Made by a program: the position numbers and the translations under genes. Shown here piece by piece: positions 25,001 to 39,002 of a stretch of DNA of 64,000 nucleotides. Positions within the stretch are counted from its first letter, which is position 1. Every line of letters starts with the position of its first letter. The stretch is from Sarea resinae (taxonomy: Eukaryota), in contig JAPEUD010000029.1 of NCBI GenBank assembly GCA_026026165.1, positions 124,001 to 188,000 on the forward strand. Reading direction: 5' to 3'. The notes beneath the pieces are model-generated. The model did no database searches. It was not told the origin of the DNA and was given only the letters and a program-made list of their open reading frames with translations.

Positions 25001-25285
25001 ATCCGTCCAATCTGTACTTTAGAGTACGGTCAGTATCATGGGAGATTTCCCTCGCGCGGCGTGCATAAGGCGCACGCACGCGGGCCCTTTGCGGTCACCT
25101 TAGGGAGTGCACAGTGGAAATGCGTCAATGAGACTTCGTACACATCTGCCAGGTCGGTAGAGTAGATAGAGCTGGAGGCTTGTACAGCTTGTACAAACAA
25201 AGTACAACATCTCCAAGCCAGCTTATGCCAAGCTTCGAATTAATGCAGCAATCAATGTTCGGTGCAGAGACTCCGTACTCCGTAC

Positions 25286-25332
25286 TCGTCCCCTCGTCCC
25301 CTCGTCCCCTCGTCCCCTCGTCCCTCGGTCCC
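25286..25332 (+). repeat. (TCGTCCCC)n tandem repeat, about 5 units
   Basis: Read directly. Confidence 0.85.
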
Positions 25333-27164
25333 TACTATGTACGGTCGCGCTGCGTATCCCTGAATGCCTGCCCAGCGTACTGTACCTAAGGTAGTACTTC
25401 GTACATAGTAGGTGCCTGTCAGGGTCTTTCAATTTCGATGACGAGTATAACGGTGTTCTTGGTTCTTGGTCCCGGCGGTTGTGGCAAACGATACTGGAAC
25501 TATCGTGCGCCAAGGGACACAACTGCCCACCTGATCAAGGCGCCCCGGGGTTATAGATCATCTCCGTTCCGCTCGTTTCGTCCTGTGCGCGCATCGTGAA
25601 ATGACGGGCTTCCAGAGCAGACACTAGGGCAGTACCTTGGGTACTTGCACACTGGAACTTCAGGTTCTAGCGCAAGAAACCCGACCGCAGAAGCCAAGCA
25701 CCAGCAGTCCTGGCATAGTGTGGGGTGGTGCGCTGAGCTTGGCCCCGATGCCTGTCGGGCTAGAGGCAGGGCAGCTGTACAGTCAGACAACTTCGGCTTC
25801 ACAGAAAGTGCTGACTTAGCATGGCCTGAGGGCTCGAGGGGTGCTTAGTTGGCATGTGTCGAGCGGGGGGAGGGCAGAGGAACAGGGAAGAGGAGCAGGG
25901 AAGAAAGGGGGGCAAGGAAGAGGCATGTTGTATTTTCGGCAGTTACTCCGTACTCATCGTACTCATCGTACTCTAGACCACCGCCGTGTGGGTTTCCGCT
26001 CCGAGGAGTGGTTTGTGCCGCGGTGCTGGTGGATCCTGCCATGGTGCTACGGAGGCCGTGGCCCAATAACGTGCCCAACAATGGGCTTAGGAGCCCGCTG
26101 GAGTGCAGACGTTCGAGTAGAGTCCCATGAGTACCATGAGTAGCGGAAAGATGGGAGATGATCCAATGTACGGCTTGCGGTGGCACGGCCGCCGGTCTTG
26201 AGATACCGGCCCGTTCGATGAAAGCGATAGAGTATTGAGCGGAGGTGATGCTCTAGCGAGTCCATGCAGGGCATGGACGGAGCGTTGGAGATGGAAGATC
26301 CCGAGAATCTCGATCATGAGCCTGTAGCGGCATTAGTACTGTGACTATCGTGCTCTTCTCCCTGTCAATCTGCCTCTTCCTCTGACCGGCTGGCTCAGAA
26401 GGAATGCCGATTACCCCTGCCTGCCTTTCGGTGTTTTTTTACGACCTACCTTCGACCTTCGTCCTTCGTACATGGATGCTCTACCGGCTTTTGCTTGCAC
26501 ACCGGCTGTCGGCTGTCTACCTAGGGAGGGAGGTAAGGGAGACTCCTACTCATCTACCCCGTTTACAGTTATGATCGTGGCGCCCACTCGGGAGATACGA
26601 CGGTATGATGGGTAATTCCAATCTTAAAACGTCGCTCGGGTCAACACGCATGAGGCCTTTGATCGAGCACTGCCATGTGCACATCGGGAACGACTGCCGG
26701 AAGCCTTGCAGATTCCAATCAGATTCGTGACCGCCATTGGGACATCTCGTATGATGAACCTGGAATTCAGAGGATGCATTCATATATCATGCCTTGTTGG
26801 CACCGATATGACCCGTAGATCGCGATCCTGACAACTTTGAGGAGCAGCACAGCCATGGGCATGAAACGCACGATGCCGCTAGGAGACCTTCCTTCAATAC
26901 CTAGAGTTTGACCGGGGCAACATGGAAACGTGGCGCTGTATCGGACAAACAAGAAGCTACGGGAAACATGACGGAGAGGGGTCTAGCTGATGAGGTTTCA
27001 CTTTCTCTGTAAGGCTGTGATGGTCGGGCGCAAATTCGAAGACAGGATATGAAAGATGGGGTGATCTGAAAAGTCCACCTATCAACGGGCGAGTGTAGCA
27101 CCGTTATCCCCGGAAGAAAGGCTTCGGCATCGACCGATAGGTACGGTACAGCTGTCAAATCGGC

Positions 27165-28910
27165 TTACCGTCGGCTCACATCCACGCTTGAGCTCCGTGC
27201 CGAATCTAAACTAACCCTCATTGAACTGCTGCTGCTCCTGCGCCGTTGTCGCCTCGTCTCATCCGGGTCATTGGGATTCAGTCCGCTGGCTCTCGCATAC
27301 AGATTCAGGATATCAGTGAGCGATATCACGCCAGAGAGCCGACCTGATATTCCCGCACCTGGTAAGGCCGAAGCTGACACGGAGGGAGCGGGCGTGACGG
27401 AGAAAGGAGGAGCGTCGGTGGCAGGAGTCGAGGTGGAAATACTTGGGGGTGGCACCAAGACAGCTTGTTTTACGGTTGGGGTCGGCGGACCAGAAGACGC
27501 TGGCGAAGGCGCATCGACAACCCACATTCTAGACGCCGAAGCCATTAGAACTGACCTAGCTAATAGCTCTGACGGGACTGTGATTACCTATGGGATTTGG
27601 TTGCGACGAGCTTGGCGATGGTATGTGCTAGCGTCGAGAAAGGGCTGACATAGAAGACTGGGAAAGAGTCCTTGCCCTCATTCATGCCCCGGTTGGATAG
27701 AATAACAGATATGAAGTGGATGCAGGAAGATTGAAGTAGAGGAAGTGAGCTTGATTTTGTCAGAAGCTGAAGAAGATGGCGTTAGTATGATAGACGTTTG
27801 GCGGAGCTCTACATCGCGGGTGAGATACCTTGACATCAACCGTTGAGATATTGCCAATGACGTTCAATTGAGCATCAACCACAGCGACAGAAGTAATGCC
27901 TTCATTGTTCATCAATTCCAGTGCATCCGTCAACTTGCGGTCTCCGCTGTATACAGTCAGTTCCTATAGATCCTCTATAATGACTGTAGCACTTACTTAA
28001 TTCCAATAACCTGTTTGGAACCAATGCCAAGATCCTTAAGATATTGTTGAGAGAGCTGGTCAATGACCGGGAAACTTCCTGTATTCTGCCAAAGAAATTT
28101 CACTAATTTCAGCTGACTCAGGATGCCGATGATGTTGGTGGTCCCTTCTTCAACGATTCCTATACGGTGTACGCCACTGCCAAAGATCTCGACCGCCTTG
28201 GTCAAGCTTTCTGTGCTCGAGAGCGTCACGAGAGGTTCCTTCTTACCAAGGTCTTTGACGTCCTTGACTGGAATTTTATTACCCTCTCTCGCATTCTTTG
28301 CAAGTTCTTGGAAAGACTCGATCTGGTCCTCTTCAGGCCGTGCGAGCCCCACAACGAGAAGAAGATAGGCATTCAGGTCGCTATAATCAAAGGTCCCCAC
28401 AGCCGACTGCTCTTCAGAAGTCCGTCTGATCAAGATCACAGGAGCTCCGGACTCGATGAGAAGCTGCCGAATAGATTAATTAGCATACTGCAGCAATTTT
28501 TCTTGGTCAAGGAGTCTCACGTTGGTTGCGGTTTCCACGCCAGTATCTAGCTCCACAAAATGGACGTCGTTCTTGCTGACGATTTCTCCCACCTTGACCG
28601 TTCGCCAATCCCGTCCTGTAAAGGCCGGATCGCCCGTATGAGCCACTGGTGGATTTTTCAGCAGCTCCTGGACGGCAGCCTGGCTGAGAGAAGGTTGTCG
28701 CTGGGCGCGCGGTGATGAGGGATGACTGCGGAGACTCCCGCTGAAGCTCTGACGATGCGAAGCTGCTGGACTAGGCATATGGCTTAAGCGCAACGAAGAA
28801 TCCCTCGTATTGGGGGACTGGGACCGATCGTCGGATTGCGAAGAGGCACGGTGAGTGGCAGAGCCAGTCGAAGGTGATCTCCGAACGGGGAATTGGTATG
28901 GGTCCGCCAT
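27165..28910 (-). CDS. SDS23: Sds23/Sds24 CBS-domain protein; about 5 exons
   Basis: [81 protein letters not shown]. Confidence 0.9.
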
Positions 28911-30049
28911 ATCTGAGGCCTTTTTGGATCGCAGGACAGCAGATGACGAAATTCCAATACTGGCGCGGACCACGAGAAAGACAAAGAGGAAGAGAGAGAC
29001 GGACTTCGAGAGCAGGTGAGGTTTGGAATTTTTGGGCGGATCTCGTAGTGCCAAAGCTACTCTAAGCCAACAGGAAGGTAGTTGTAGGGAGAATGATGGA
29101 TCTTGGAGTATTGATTGACTATTGCGCGTAATCGATGAGATTTTGGTAGTAATTTGGTAGCAGGTTCGACGCGAAGGCGCAGCGGGCCCCCTCACTATCG
29201 TCTCCATAAGGCCTATACCCGCCGCTTCTCCAAGTGGGTACGGACACTAAGACCCCGTTCTAGGAGCCGGATACTGGCCGGCTTGTACCTCCATCGCCAA
29301 ATGACGCCCTTCCGATACCTCTAACATCGGTACATTGGCGAAAGTATTGTCGCCTCTGAGGTAGCGTCAGTACCTTAATGTTTACACTGTTTACTCCATA
29401 CTCCAAAGCTACACCAGGCCCAGAATTAGCAGTATCCAGCTTGCCCGCAGTACTACTCGAGTGGGCGGCAATCGTAGATACTAGGTCAGCGCAGAATGAT
29501 CATTCTGATCACTACTTTCGAGAGCAAAAAGCTCAGACTACTCTTTTGAGTAGTCCTACGAAACCCTGGTGGGGGTTCTCTCATTGACACTTTTGTAGCC
29601 AGTACTGAAAGGGGTCTCATAGCATTATGTCGGAATTTCGTCAACGGTAACTTATCTGCGGGGCCCCTACTTCACTTCTCCGTCTAGTCTTCAAATACTG
29701 CGACGGGTCATGGCGTATGTAGGGACGTGCCGATATAGGACAACTGCTATTCACATCATATCGAAATCATCAAGCGCGATATTCATTTGTTACTTTGTAG
29801 CAGTCATGCGTTTATACCATTACGCCATACAACCTTTCGTTATGAGATGATGGCCTTAAATGTGAATATATAGTTGCTTTCATATTCACCCAGAACGGTT
29901 TGAATCCCGTGAGGACCAAAATCAATACAAAGGGGCAAACTCCAAAGTCGAACGCGTATTCACCACGTCGATCCTGATATTCTGGTCAAATCTGCTAGTG
30001 TTCCTACTTACATCTAAGAACCTTTTTTTCCAATATTACTGTACCCTAT

Positions 30050-31256
30050 CTAATGCGCAATCTTCAATGAGAAATCCACGTGCTTGACCCCTTGATGTAT
30101 ACTACTCGTGCTGATAATATTCAAGTCCTCACACACATAGCCAGCCACGTTCTCTTCCGTCAATCCTCCGCTAACTTCCACGAGCGGCGCTCTGGTCCCT
30201 CTCCCCCACCTTTCCTTCAAGCCTCTTGCCGCCGCATGTAGCGCCTTTGGCTCGAAGTTATCCAACATGACGATGTCTGCTCCGGCTTGAATAGCCTCAT
30301 GTGCCTCAGCTTCAGATTGACACTCAACCTCGACCTTGATACTGAAGCCTCCTGCTGCGCGGGCGGCGGCCACAGCCTTGGTGATGGACCCGGCGCTCCA
30401 GATGTGGTTGTCTTTGAGCATCGTCATCGTGCTGAGGTCATGGCGGTGAGGGTCAGCGCCGCCAACTAGGATGCCGTACTTTTCAACGAGACGGAACCCG
30501 GGGGTGGTTTTGCGGGTACCAGCCAGGGTGTTTTTATATCCAGCTGAACGGAGGAGGTGCAGGAGATCAGAAGTCCTAATTTACTGTCAGCGGTAATTCA
30601 TACTTGAGCCCCATAACGGCCTCAGACAGACTCACTTTGTTGCGACACCAGAACATCGTGCGAGAGTATTCAGTGCTACACGTTCACCTAGCAGGATCTT
30701 CCGCACAGGACCCCGGACAGTGGCGCAATGCTTGACGGGCTCGATAGTCTGGCCTTCTTTTACGTGCCACTCAACGCTGTATGGAAAGCAACAATTCAGC
30801 AATGAATCGCAGTAAGGAAGAAAAGAAGGAGACAGGGTTAGGAACAAGGCATATTGGAAAGAGGCTCACGTGCAATCCAGCTGTTTAAAAACCTCATCGA
30901 AGAAAGGCACGCCGGCAATGACACCCTGCAGGACCCATATTAGTAAAGCACAAAACAGACCATGTATGAGCAGCACGAGGAAAACAGGACAAGTGGACAG
31001 GAGGGTCGAAGTAGAAAAAAGAAGCAGCATCAAACAGATTTTCAAGCGACTGCTTCTTGAGAATTTCTCCTCGTATTTTCTAAAATCATACTATACATAC
31101 CTTACTCTTCCCCAACAACCTTGCCTCCCCCATCCCCTCCCCAACGACAAACCCCCCAACATCAAGACTTGGTGCATCCTCCTCCAGCCATCCGGCCACT
31201 ATACGCTTATACCCGGGCGGCAGGAGATGTTCTACCGAGCCATGCGAGGCTGCCAT
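30050..31256 (-). CDS. BNA6: Nicotinate-nucleotide pyrophosphorylase (quinolinate phosphoribosyltransferase); 4 exons
   Basis: [78 protein letters not shown]. Confidence 0.96.
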
Positions 31257-31883
31257 TGTCTGGAAATTTAACTCGTGTCCCGTAGATTGCCGCGGCAATG
31301 ATGTAGTGTCTTTATGTTTCGAATGCGAGGTAGGTGGGGTTGATAGAGGGATGATTTTCAGTTGGCTTTGTGCGTGATTCGGCGGAAGCGATCAGGTTAA
31401 ATTCGATGAAGGGTGAGGAACAGACGTGATCAAAGATGGCAAACGTGGTCCTGAGAGAAAGACAGAGATAGACTGCTCAACAATTGGAAACTCTGTGGGA
31501 AGGAAAAGCAGTGTGAAGCCTTGTCGCATAATGATTGCGATTATCGCGGGATCGCTTATCGTCGGCAGAGGGGCAACTCGCATCGGGCATTGGCGGGGTC
31601 CCGGCGACATCGGCGTTTACAACTCCAGCCGACCCTACGATTACAGGAACTGCCAGTTGAGGGTATTGATTTGCTTTCTGATTCCTTTATTGTAGAAGAA
31701 AAGGTTGGAAGGGTGTAATTTGGATGGCTTTGGCCTTCCTTTCTTTTCTATTCTATCTGAGTATGATCTGTTCCTTTATCATCTCGTCTCCTCGCATCTC
31801 ATTGAAACATTAGAACGCTTAAACGCCCCGCTCTCTCAAGCAAGAACCCAGCAAATCAAAATTCGACTTTTGATAGGATCGTG

Positions 31884-34150
31884 TCAAGACTTCACTACCT
31901 TCTCCGTAGCCTCCAAAGCGCGCTCGAATCGCGCGGTTAGATCTGCCGTTTCTTCTAGCCCGACGCTGATGCGGACAAGGTCGACTTGTACGCCACAACT
32001 TGCAACCTAGAAAGACACGAGGTTGATCAGTAGATGGAGAGAAATATGATCGAGATAAGTACGGGCATTGCAGGGTTTGAATCGGGCGAGGCAAATCCAA
32101 CACGAGGGCTACGGGGGGAGGGTGGCGGGCCTACCCAGTCCAGCTCGTTGTAATGCGCTATGACAACGTAAGGAGAGCTATAAATCATAGTCAGCGTGAT
32201 ATGAGAGAGAAATAGGATGGAGATATAATGACCTCAACGTGAAATTGGTACCCAAACTTGGACCCTTAGCCGTCTCGACAGTGTCGTAGAATGCAATGGC
32301 TTCTTCGGTAGTGTGAAATGTAACGGAAAGCAACCCACCGTAGCCGCCGTCGACGTTGCGGCAGGCATCATAGTTAGGGCGGGTTGGGCTGTATTTCGGG
32401 TAGTAGACCTCTTTGACTGTTTACTTACTTAGCCTTTGGAATGACTGGTTGGAGATATAGAGGCTAGAAATGATCAACTTACCACGAGGATGACTTCTAA
32501 GAATTTCGCATAGAGCTTCAGCGTTCGTGTTGATCCGCTCAATTCTGGTAACGAAGTCTCTGCTGTTCCGCTCCATGAAAATAGCGTCCTCGGCCCAGAA
32601 ATTATCTTCGTACTCGGTTTCCAGCGCCTTGTGCAGTCGCTTGTAGTACTGACTTTTGGGGTTCAGCACAGAGCTGTCTTTTGTTAGCAATATTATGACC
32701 TTTAGGTAAATCCTAGACATACCTTCCACCCATCACATTGCAGTCGCCACTGAAGATCTTGGTTAAGCTGCTGACAGCCACATCGGCGAAGGGTAGGACG
32801 TGCACGTTGATGAAGTTGCCTATTGTCTCGTCTATCACAACGGCAAAATCGTACCTGTCTGCCAATGAACGTATCCTTTGTAGGTCTGGCGTTTTCAAGA
32901 GGGGATTGCCTGGAAATTCGCTGAAAACTGCCAGGAACCTTTCACCATTCTCCAATCGTCGCTCTAGGTCGTCAAGCTCATCGCTGGAGCCATGAGGGTA
33001 GAGCAGACAGCCAGGACCGAACTTTTGAAGTACCTTGAGCGTATCTACGTAGGTGAAACTGAACATAGGACATTAGAATGGTTGCTTCTTGTAGTGTCGT
33101 AGAGCCTTACCCAAAGCAGATGCTCTTCATCTGACCTCGCACGGCCAATAACGTCCGATGAGTGTTGTATATAGAATTCATGCCGGTAGGATAGAGATAG
33201 ACATCATCTTCTGAAAATCCGGAGACCTGGCGCGTGCGCTTTGCATCTCTCGCCAGCTCCAACGCCTGTTCTAATTCCACATCGGCCGTAAGGGAGCCCG
33301 CAATCCTCCTCCTAATAGCTAGCTTAGCATTCGCAACGAATGATATGTCCAGGTTCCGACCAAAACGCTCTTCTATATATTGCGTAGGGTCTTCGTCTCC
33401 GTTGTTGCTGTGCATAGTAGAATCTTGCTTGCCCTTCGTCATGCCACCGGATGCTCCTCTTTGATAGCGCTTTGGACCTTTACAAAGCCAGGAAGAACTC
33501 TGAGATGATCCACCACTCGCTTTCTGTACCAAACTGCCATCATCTAATTCTCTTTGGCAAAATTCCGCACGACGACTGGATACCCCTTCTCCAGTATGTT
33601 GCCAGAAATATTTTGCAGTCTGAGCATGTTCCTTGGGGAATGAGACCGCACACACGCCAGACACAACGGTGGCTTGTTCCACCTGCTGCGAGCTTGGTAC
33701 AAGCTCGATGATTCGCACTTGCTGAGCTCCAGAGAGAGGTATACGTGCCGCTAGGAATGATACACATCTCGATGCAACTGCGCGCGAAGGAAACAAAAGA
33801 GCACTTTCTGATGGTTTCCCGTATTTATCAAGAATTGACCTGGCCAGTTTCTGGATGGTTGTATGGACGAAGAATCTGTCCCAAGATCATCATGAGCTTG
33901 GCACAGTCTGAGTTGAAGGGAATTGAGAAAGGCCTACCTTGGGTAGCCCGTCGTCATGGCATCGACCACCCACTTTTCACCCTCTTCGTAGCCCACATTT
34001 GATTTCCACGTTGGTAAGGAAACGCTTACCGCCTACACAATGCATCAGCGAATTGCTCCAGTATCGTGGGATGAAGTAACTATAACCTTCGACAAGCAAT
34101 TGACTTACATGGGCAGTGTCCGGTGGAATAGGTTGTCCGAGTTCAATCAT
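31884..34150 (-). CDS. STR2: Cystathionine gamma-synthase (PLP-dependent); multi-exon
   Basis: [60 protein letters not shown] lysine [28 protein letters not shown]. Confidence 0.92.
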
Positions 34151-34438
34151 CGTGAGAGAGTTGGGGATTGAGACGATTCCTCTAGGTGGTAATGAGCAAT
34201 AGAAGATGCGTCATCATCAACCTGAATGCCACGAGGAGTAAATGCTGGAAAATGCGCAGCCGACTTCGGACTCACAGTATGATGACTGTGGATTCTGGAG
34301 TGGGGAGATTTGATAAGATCGATAAGATTAAAAATAATGATTAGATAAGACAAGAAATATGGCTACCGAGCTACATCTGATTCTTTTTCAAACTCCAAAC
34401 AGTAATCTGCACTCTTTGCTCCCCCCACAGCAGCAATC

Positions 34439-37400
34439 ATGCCTGTCCCAGCATCCAAGAAAAGAAGGCTAGAAGGCGCTCTCGATGATAGCAATCCAAG
34501 GGATTTTGCTCCGAGACAGGAGGCCGTCAAGGTATCTTCAGAGCCGTCTGGTTCATCGAGCGACGAGGCCAGCGACGTCGAGGATGGCTCGCCTGAGCCA
34601 CCAAGAAAGACGCCCAAGCAGAATCACAAGCATGGCTCTGACCTTCAGGGAGAAGCCTTCTCTTCGGGCCTGTACAGATCAAACATCTTCAAACTTCAGA
34701 TGGACGACCTGCTAGCTGAAGTTCGGCCGAATTACGCCAAACGAATGGGCCTCGCTGAAGGCGCACTCCGAAAGCTCAAGGGCATTATCGAACAGATACC
34801 CGAGCGCGAACCATTATCTGTATGCGATCACGATTTCCTAACAGTTTGTGTGCCTCGGAGATCATTGTTTAATAAGGCGTGCATAGATCTCCGAAGCCGG
34901 AAAAGAACTTCACAAATCCCACAAGATCTCCATTCCTTATCCCGAGCCAAGACCCTCGAGCCAGGCTCAGTATCAGCTGGCTTATTCGAAACCTGCGAAT
35001 ATCAATGTCATCGGAGGCTATACTCTCAAGACGGCCATCAAGTCGAATGGGATCATTAGCATTGACATGGTGGTTATCATGCCTTCGGTATGAATCCATG
35101 ACGGACTAGTCATTTGGACTGGGAAAGGTTGCTGATTTGTTCTGCTATAGGCACTTTTTCAGGAAAAGGACTATCTTAATTTTCGCTACTTCTATAAACG
35201 CGCTTATTACGTGGCGTGTCTGGCAGCAGGTATTCGTGAGGCGAAGGATTGCGACTTCAAGTTGAGTTACGACCGTCTTGGAGGTAATCCTTTGCAGCCT
35301 ATCATAGTCGTCAAGCCAGGGAAAGGTATGTTCTCCTCGGAGAGTTGCCCAAGAATATCAATTTAATGAGAACTTTAGCTGGAGGAGCCGATGATTTCTC
35401 AAGCTCTAATTGCGAAATCCACATAATACCTGCCATTTCCGAAAATCTGTTCCCAATAGCGAAAACTCTTCCAGAGAGAAATTGCGTCCGTCCTAGCAAG
35501 GATACTACTAATGAAGCTTCCACGGCTCTCGCTCCGACGCCTTTCTATAATGCTACCTTGCGGTCTGATAGTTCAGTAACATTATACCTAAAGTTACTTC
35601 ATGCGACTAGCAGCAGCTGTGAATCATATCGAGATGCTTGCATCCTCGGCCGTATATGGCTTAAGCAACGCGGATTTGGCAGTCCTGTCTCCAAGGGGGG
35701 GTTTGGCCATTTTGAATGGGCGGCTTTGATGGCAATTTTACTGCAAGGAGGGGGCCCTAGGGGGAAGAGTGTACTCTCCTTGGGCTACAGCAGCTATCAA
35801 CTTTTCAAAGCCACTCTGCAGTTCCTAGCCGGAGTCGACCTCACAACAAAGCCTGTCCTCTTTCAAGCTGATGGTGTCAAGATACCGAAGGCGGACGGCC
35901 CAACTGTTTTTGACGGTCCAAGAGGACTCAATATCCTCTTTCGTATGCCGTTATGGTCCTATAGATTGGTGTGTATCGTGCTTGAAAAGGAGGGTTCCCT
36001 CTGCTAATTATACTAGTTACAACACGAAGCGAAAGTGGCTCTCAACATGTTGAATGATAATGTCTTCGATCAATTCGAATCTACGTTCGTTTTAGATGCC
36101 AACGCTCCTATGCTCAAGCACGACGTCATCGTCAGGTAAGCGCTCTTGTCGTGTTATTGCTGTTCCATCCGCTTATTCCAGTTTCAAGCCTTCCTTTTTC
36201 TACCATGCCTTCGCCAGACACGACGGCGAGCTCGATTGAGTCAAGCTGCGATTCTCGACTCCGAAAGATCTATCAGGTCTTGAAGAAGGGCTTGGGAGAC
36301 CGAGTTATCCTGGTCTCTCTTCTTCCGCCCCCGTCTAAGCCCTGGTCAACTTCCACCGATGTCCCTTCTCAGGAAAAGGACGCCTCGTTGAAGATTGGGT
36401 TCCTTCTCAATCCAGACAACGCAGGACGGACTGTGGACCACGGGCCGCCAGCCGAAGAGAAAAAGGAAGCAGCGGCGTTCCGCAGGTTTTGGGGAGAAAA
36501 AGCCGAACTTCGACGATTCAAAGACGGGAGCATCCTAGAGAGCTTAGTCTGGTCTGAAAAAGACTCCAAACATTCTATTTTCCGCCAAATAATACTCTAT
36601 CTCCTGCAACGACATGTAGGCCTGGGTGCCTCAGAAGCTGCGGTCTTTGGAGGAGACGGCTTCGAAGCCATCCTGTCCCCTCGTCATGGAAGCGCCGATC
36701 TATCCCTGGCATCATTTCAACCGCTGATGACGGCTTTTAGCACATTGGAGCTGGATTTACGCAAGATAGAAGGGCTTCCTCTTCAGCTCCGCCAAATCTC
36801 AGCAGCCAGCCCTCAACTTCGTTACACAGCAGTCCAGCCACCGCAGATAACCAACAATATCATGGCTATGGATCCAGCAGACGTGGTCCTGCAATTTGAA
36901 GGCTCAGGCCGTTGGCCAGATGACTTAGCTGCCATCCAAAGGACAAAAATTGCCTTTCTTCTCAAGATCAGCGACCTTCTTGAAGAATCCGTTTCCGGCC
37001 TCACGGCGCGTGTCGGACTTGAAAACACAGAGTACAGGATCCTTAACGCGTCTTACCTGGATGTTCTCTACCCTACCGGCGCCGCCTTCCGCATTCGCAT
37101 CCACAATGACCGGGAACAAACCCTTCTCGAGCGCCGCCTCAAAGAGAAATCCCTCGACCCCCGCAGCAGAGACGAGACAGCCAAAGCTCTGGCGGCATAC
37201 AAGCGGGAGTTTATCCAAGACCCACTTCACACGCAGACTTTACGTAGCTTATGTACACGTTTCCCCTTCCTCTCGCCGACCATTCGGCTCGTCAAGAAAT
37301 GGTTCAACTCGCACCTACTTGCTTCTCATTTCCCAGACGCCCTTCTCGAGCTTTTCGTCGTGCGATCCTTCACTCATCCTTATCCCTGGCAGCCCCCTTC

Positions 37401-38450
37401 GAGTCTGCGCACAGGCTTTTTGCGTACCATCCACTTCCTTTCTCGCTGGGACTGGCGCGCGGACCCGCTGATCATCGATTTCAGCTCCGGCTCCAGCTCA
37501 AATTCCATCAGCCCCACCGACGACGATAGTATGACGTCCGACGACGTCAAGGCTATTGAAACGCGCTTCGAGGTCTGGCGCAAGATCGATCCGGCTATGA
37601 ATAGGGTCGTACTCTTCGCGGGGTCGAATCTAGATCGAGACGGTGTGACGTGGACGGTGGATGGACGTCCTTCCAAGGTGGTGGCTACGAGGATGACGGC
37701 GCTGTCCAGAGCCGTGATGGCTAGTGTGAGTGTAGGGGATGCGGGCGCAAATCTAGATCCTAAGGTATGCTTCACTCTCACTTTCGCTTCTGGCACAGCG
37801 GGTACGAGGAGCTAGAGGGACCAACTGACTGACTGACTTGAACCACCAAAAAGACTCTTTTCATCTCCTCCCCATCCTCTTACGACTTCGTCCTCCACTT
37901 AAATCCGCGCTTCGTTCATCCCAATTCTCACCACCACACTCCCAGCAGCACCTCCAACGCCCACGGCGCCGTATTCAAAAACCTGCAACTCGCCTCTCTC
38001 TCCTCGCCCACCAGCATTGAAGAAATCGCCTACCACCCCATCACCGCTTTGCTGTCCGAACTAGACGCGCTCTATGGGAATAATATCCTTTTCTTCCACA
38101 ACGTTTTGCCCAGTACCATCGGTGCCGAGAATGGCAAAGGTGGGATGATCGCCGGGCTCTGGAGTCCCGGGCCCACGAAACCACGGCCTTGGAAAGTGGG
38201 CGTGACGTACAATACCATGCCTGTTGTGGTTGCCGGTGGTGACGATGATAATGATGCTAACGATGATGATGACGACATGGCGGACGACGACAACGATGAG
38301 GATGAGGACGATGGACAAGGAGAAGAGGGAGTCGAGGGGAAAAGGACAGCCAAGGAGCCACAGATCGTCATCAACAAGATGGCGATCCTACACGAGATAG
38401 GCCGACTAGCAGGGGATATGGTTTCGAGGATTGAGATTCATGATTCTTGA
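34439..38450 (+). CDS. UTP22: U3 snoRNA-associated protein 22 (Nrap family); multi-exon
   Basis: SNIFKLQMDDLL; FQEKDYLNFRYFYKRAYY; WLKQRGF; GYSSYQLFK; FWGEKAELRRFKDGSILESLVW; FEGSGRWPDDL; WDWRADPLIIDF. Confidence 0.95.
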
Positions 38451-39002
38451 GAGCCTTTGTTGTAACTTTTTCATCCTGATCCTTTTTCTTTCTTTGTTCC
38501 TTATTTTTTTCTTCTTCTCCTCCCTGAGTGGGAAAGACAGGAGAGAGTCCGTCGTATCTGTCCGAATTTCGTCGAACGTCTCAATCGGAAATCTGACGAG
38601 CTGGACGAAAATGGTGGGGCGGGGCTGGTCACGAGCTATATATGATATATCCCTTTTCCATCCAAATTTATAAATGTTCGGTCCTTCTTCTTTCATTGGA
38701 GTGATGGATGGGTGGATGAGTAGACGCATAGGATACTGTACAGGTAGGTAGGTATGTAGATAGGTAGGCTAGATTCCATCCAACCGCGAGGGAAAAGGAG
38801 AAAAAGAAGTACGAAGAACAGAGCATGACAAAACCAGCTATACAACGAGTACTCTCCCTTGTTCCTTCAAGCTTCGAACAAAGATTCTTTCAACCAAAAG
38901 AACGCCCGCTATGAGAATTTCAGAAAGAACCGACCACACAACATTTACCCCTCCCTCTTCCTTTTTCTTTTCCTCTTTCCAGACGCGGAAGCAAGAGAGG
39001 CT

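Noticed and set aside
9666..30052. Stop-codon readthrough creating cryptic peroxisomal PTS1 signals (checked PIMT, epimerase, BNA6, and the dioxygenase at 413)
   Set aside because: No TGA-CTA context, and the extensions do not end in an SKL-like tripeptide.
34312..34349. Three GATAAG repeats in the STR2/UTP22 divergent promoter
   Set aside because: A common short motif in fungal promoters that cannot be assigned to a factor or gene from sequence alone.
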